Below the pieces are notes generated by a model, which searched no databases, was not told the DNA's origin, and saw only the letters and a program-made list of their open reading frames with translations. A stretch of 64,000 bases of DNA, from NCBI RefSeq assembly GCF_044647545.1, contig NZ_CP172818.1; one strand, given 5' to 3'. The position numbers were made by a program, and so were the translations under genes. Origin of the DNA: Escherichia coli (GTDB lineage Bacteria; Pseudomonadota; Gammaproteobacteria; Enterobacterales; Enterobacteriaceae). Shown piece after piece: positions 47,991 through 64,000 of this stretch; within the stretch, counting starts at the first letter, position 1, and each line of letters begins with the position of its first letter.

Positions 47991-48614
47991 ATGAGCCATC
48001 ATCACGAAGGGTGTTGTAAACATGAAGGCCAGCCACGCCATGAAGGCTGCTGCAAAGGTGAGAAGTCAGAACATGAGCACTGCGGACACGGTCACCAGCA
48101 TGAACACGGTCAATGCTGCGGTGGTCGCCACGGTCGCGGCGGCGGTCGTCGGCAGCGTTTCTTTGGTCACGGTGAATTGCGTCTGGTGATTCTGGATATT
48201 CTCTCGCGCGATGACAGCCACGGTTACGAATTGATTAAAGCGATTGAGAATCTAACCCAGGGGAATTACACCCCAAGCCCGGGCGTCATCTACCCAACGC
48301 TGGATTTTCTGCAGGAGCAGTCGCTGATTACCATCCGCGAAGAGGAAGGTGGTAAGAAGCAGATTGCACTGACCGAACAGGGCGCGCAGTGGCTGGAAGA
48401 AAACCGCGAACAGGTGGAGATGATCGAAGAACGCATCAAAGCGCGTTGCGTTGGTGCTGCACTCCGCCAGAACCCGCAAATGAAGCGGGCGCTGGATAAT
48501 TTTAAAGCGGTGCTGGATTTACGCGTCAACCAGAGCGATATCACTGATGCACAAATAAAAAAGATCATTGCGGTGATCGACCGCGCCGCTTTTGATATTA
48601 CCCAACTGGATTAA
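47991..48614 (+). CDS. yqjI: PadR-family metal-responsive transcriptional repressor YqjI
   Basis: 207 aa; His/Cys/Gly-rich N-terminus (MSHHHEGCCKHEG...HEHCGHGHQHEHGQCCGG), PadR winged-helix. Confidence 0.9.
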   Translation: MSHHHEGCCKHEGQPRHEGCCKGEKSEHEHCGHGHQHEHGQCCGGRHGRGGGRRQRFFGHGELRLVILDILSRDDSHGYELIKAIENLTQGNYTPSPGVIYPTLDFLQEQSLITIREEEGGKKQIALTEQGAQWLEENREQVEMIEERIKARCVGAALRQNPQMKRALDNFKAVLDLRVNQSDITDAQIKKIIAVIDRAAFDITQLD

Positions 48615-48700
48615 CGGATGCGGCGTACCCCTACCCCCCCCGTAGGCCTGATAAGATGCGCCAGCATCGCATCAGGCATTGTGCTCCAACCGCCGGATCC
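48615..48700. repeat. REP element(s) between convergent yqjI and aer
   Basis: cggatgcggcgta... and gtaggcctgataagatgcgccagcatcgcatcaggc palindromes typical of REP/BIME. Confidence 0.7.
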
Positions 48701-48710
48701 GGCATACCGA

Positions 48711-50231
48711 TTAATGCAGCACCGTCACCGCGTCTTCCAGTCGGCTGGCGCGGTGTTTCACCATCGCCGACACCTGCGCACTCTCTTCCACTAACTCGGC
48801 GTTTTTCTGGGTGATCAGGTTAAGCTCATCCACTGCACGGGTCAGGCTGGAAAGCCCATCGGCCTGTTCCAGCGTTGAATGGCTAATCTGAGCTATCAAC
48901 TGGGTGACGTTTTTTACCTGTGCCACAATATCTTCCATCGTCCGTCCGGCGGCGTGTACCTGCTGCGAACCGGATTGCACCTTATCAGCACTGGCATCAA
49001 TCAGCTTGCGAATATCGTTGGCAGCATTGGCGCTGCGGCTGGCTAAATGACGCACTTCCCCCGCCACCACTGCAAAACCTTTGCCCTGTTCGCCGGCACG
49101 CGCCGCTTCCACCGCCGCATTCAGGGCCAGAATATTGGTCTGAAACGCAATATCGTTAATCAGCGAAGTAATGGTGCCAATGCGCTGGGTACTGTCGGCA
49201 ATATCGTCCATTGTCTTGATCACCGTAGTCATCGCCTCTCCGCCCTGCACTGCCGCATTACTGGCAGTGATAGAAAGTTTATCGGCAGCCGACGCCGTGG
49301 CAGAGTTCTGTTTCACCGACGCCGCCATTTGGTTCATGGTCGCCACCGTTTGCTGAACGTTATCAACTGTCTGCTGGGTATGTTCGTTCAGTTCATCGGT
49401 GCCTTTCGCCAGCGTCTCACTGCCATTTCTGACACTGGACACCTGGCTTGAGACATCGTTAATTAGCCAACGGCACATCAGACCAAGCTGCCCTACCGCG
49501 CGTAATGTCAGCCCCAGCTCATCGCTGCGATTCAGATGCTCAACACTATTACGCTCTCCGGTCGCCACCTTCAGCGCCTGACGGGCGACATTTTCTATCG
49601 GGCGCACAATCTGCCATTCAAAACAAGCGCTTGCCAACAATACCACTAACGCACAGAGGATATACGTCACCACCGGGGCAGCAACAAACCAAAGCATGGC
49701 CGCCAGCAAGATAAACATCAGGGTCATCACGCCACGCGCCCGCCAGCGAAGCGGTAATGAAGGCAGTTTTCCCAACCAACCTTTACGCACCACCAGGCCT
49801 TTATGAATACGCTTACTGGTCCGTCCGGCGTTCAACGCTTTGTACAGCGGCTCCACCGCCGCGATCTCTTCATCCGTCGCCCGGGTACGAATCGACATAT
49901 AGCCACTGATTTTTCCCTCGCGCACCATCGGTACCGCATTGGCCCGCACCCAATAATGGTCGCCATTTTTGCGGCGATTTTTCACGATGCCGCTCCAGGG
50001 CTCCCCTTTTTTCAGGGTGAACCACATATCCGCAAACGCCGCTTTTGGCATATCCGGGTGACGCACCATGTTGTGCGGTTGCCCCTGTAACTCCTGCAAG
50101 GTATAGCCGCTCACCTGCACAAAAGTGTCATTAGCATGAGTGATATAGCTTTGCAGATCGGTAGTGGACATCAGAGTGGTGTCGTCCGCCAGCGGGGTAT
50201 TTTGCTGGGTGACATACGGATGAGAAGACAT
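48711..50231 (-). CDS. aer: Aerotaxis receptor Aer (PAS-FAD / HAMP / MCP signalling domain)
   Basis: 506 aa; N-terminal PAS, central TM hairpin, methyl-accepting signalling domain. Confidence 0.93.
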   Translation of the reverse strand: MSSHPYVTQQNTPLADDTTLMSTTDLQSYITHANDTFVQVSGYTLQELQGQPHNMVRHPDMPKAAFADMWFTLKKGEPWSGIVKNRRKNGDHYWVRANAVPMVREGKISGYMSIRTRATDEEIAAVEPLYKALNAGRTSKRIHKGLVVRKGWLGKLPSLPLRWRARGVMTLMFILLAAMLWFVAAPVVTYILCALVVLLASACFEWQIVRPIENVARQALKVATGERNSVEHLNRSDELGLTLRAVGQLGLMCRWLINDVSSQVSSVRNGSETLAKGTDELNEHTQQTVDNVQQTVATMNQMAASVKQNSATASAADKLSITASNAAVQGGEAMTTVIKTMDDIADSTQRIGTITSLINDIAFQTNILALNAAVEAARAGEQGKGFAVVAGEVRHLASRSANAANDIRKLIDASADKVQSGSQQVHAAGRTMEDIVAQVKNVTQLIAQISHSTLEQADGLSSLTRAVDELNLITQKNAELVEESAQVSAMVKHRASRLEDAVTVLH

Positions 50232-50278
50232 GTTCGCGTCCTGTGCAGGTTATATGGTTGTTAACTTCTTGTCAGAGT

Positions 50279-50308
50279 TTATGTCGGCCCCGCTGCGGTT
50301 ATCTTTAA
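50279..50308 (-). promoter_or_regulatory. Putative sigma-28 (FliA) promoter for aer
   Basis: Minus strand ttaaagata-N11-gccgacataa vs consensus TAAAGTTT-N11-GCCGATAA, about 50 nt upstream of the aer ATG. Confidence 0.5.
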
Positions 50309-50513
50309 CCAATTAATTTGATTTAGATCGCAATTTGCGACTAAAGCACAAATCTAATTCCTTGATTTAAAATACTTTCACTCTGTTACTATACGAAAAC
50401 GTTAATTATCTTGCCCAAAAATCAGGCAATTATTGCCCTGAAAGCGTGCATTTGCGCAGCAATCATCAAATCCATACCCGACAAAAACCGTGCAAAATAA
50501 CAGCAAATGTTAG

Positions 50514-52426
<1,913 letters not shown>

Positions 52427-52435
52427 TTACTAAAT

Positions 52436-52471
<36 letters not shown>

Positions 52472-52472
52472 C

Positions 52473-62383
<9,911 letters not shown>

Positions 62384-62392
62384 TTAGCAACG

Positions 62393-62480
<88 letters not shown>

Positions 62481-62581
62481 TACCACCGGGCGTATTCTTT
62501 TTGAATCCCATCACAAACCCCGCACTCCCCTTTTCCCTTTTCTCCGGCGACGGCTAAATTAGAACTCATCCGACCACATAA

Positions 62582-64000
<1,419 letters not shown>

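Noticed and set aside
47991-48170. His-rich N-terminus of yqjI resembling an engineered His-tag
   Set aside because: Interspersed with Cys/Gly/Glu and part of the native metal-sensing domain; no vector-like flanking sequence

Overview
This window reads as an Escherichia coli-type chromosomal core segment, syntenic with the K-12 ygiQ-ftsP-plsC-parC ... ebgRAC-ygjIJK-fadH region (gene order recalled from memory, not searched). I call about 58 protein-coding genes, of which one (ygjI) is frameshifted and two (ygiQ, fadH) are cut by the window edges, plus tRNA-Ile(CAU) ileX, the FMN riboswitch leader of ribB, one Sib/Ibs type I toxin-antitoxin locus, REP/BIME repeats and several intrinsic terminators and promoter sites. 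I found no CRISPR array, transposase, integrase or phage genes, and no convincing multi-gene novel system; every sizeable ORF has a recognisable housekeeping identity. The things worth a second look are: (1) ParC Ser80Ile together with ParE Ser458Ala, the classic topoisomerase IV fluoroquinolone-resistance substitutions; (2) a ~150 bp almost pure A/C low-complexity tract with an A22 run between ygiC and ygiD, which is highly atypical for E. coli and may be an artefact or a real insertion; (3) a single-base frameshift in a T run splitting ygjI; (4) apparent absence, relative to K-12, of the mqsRA toxin-antitoxin pair and of the ygiL-IS2-yqiGHI fimbrial segment; (5) a single sib/ibs copy where K-12 has two; (6) a small membrane-protein ORF between zupT and ribB.
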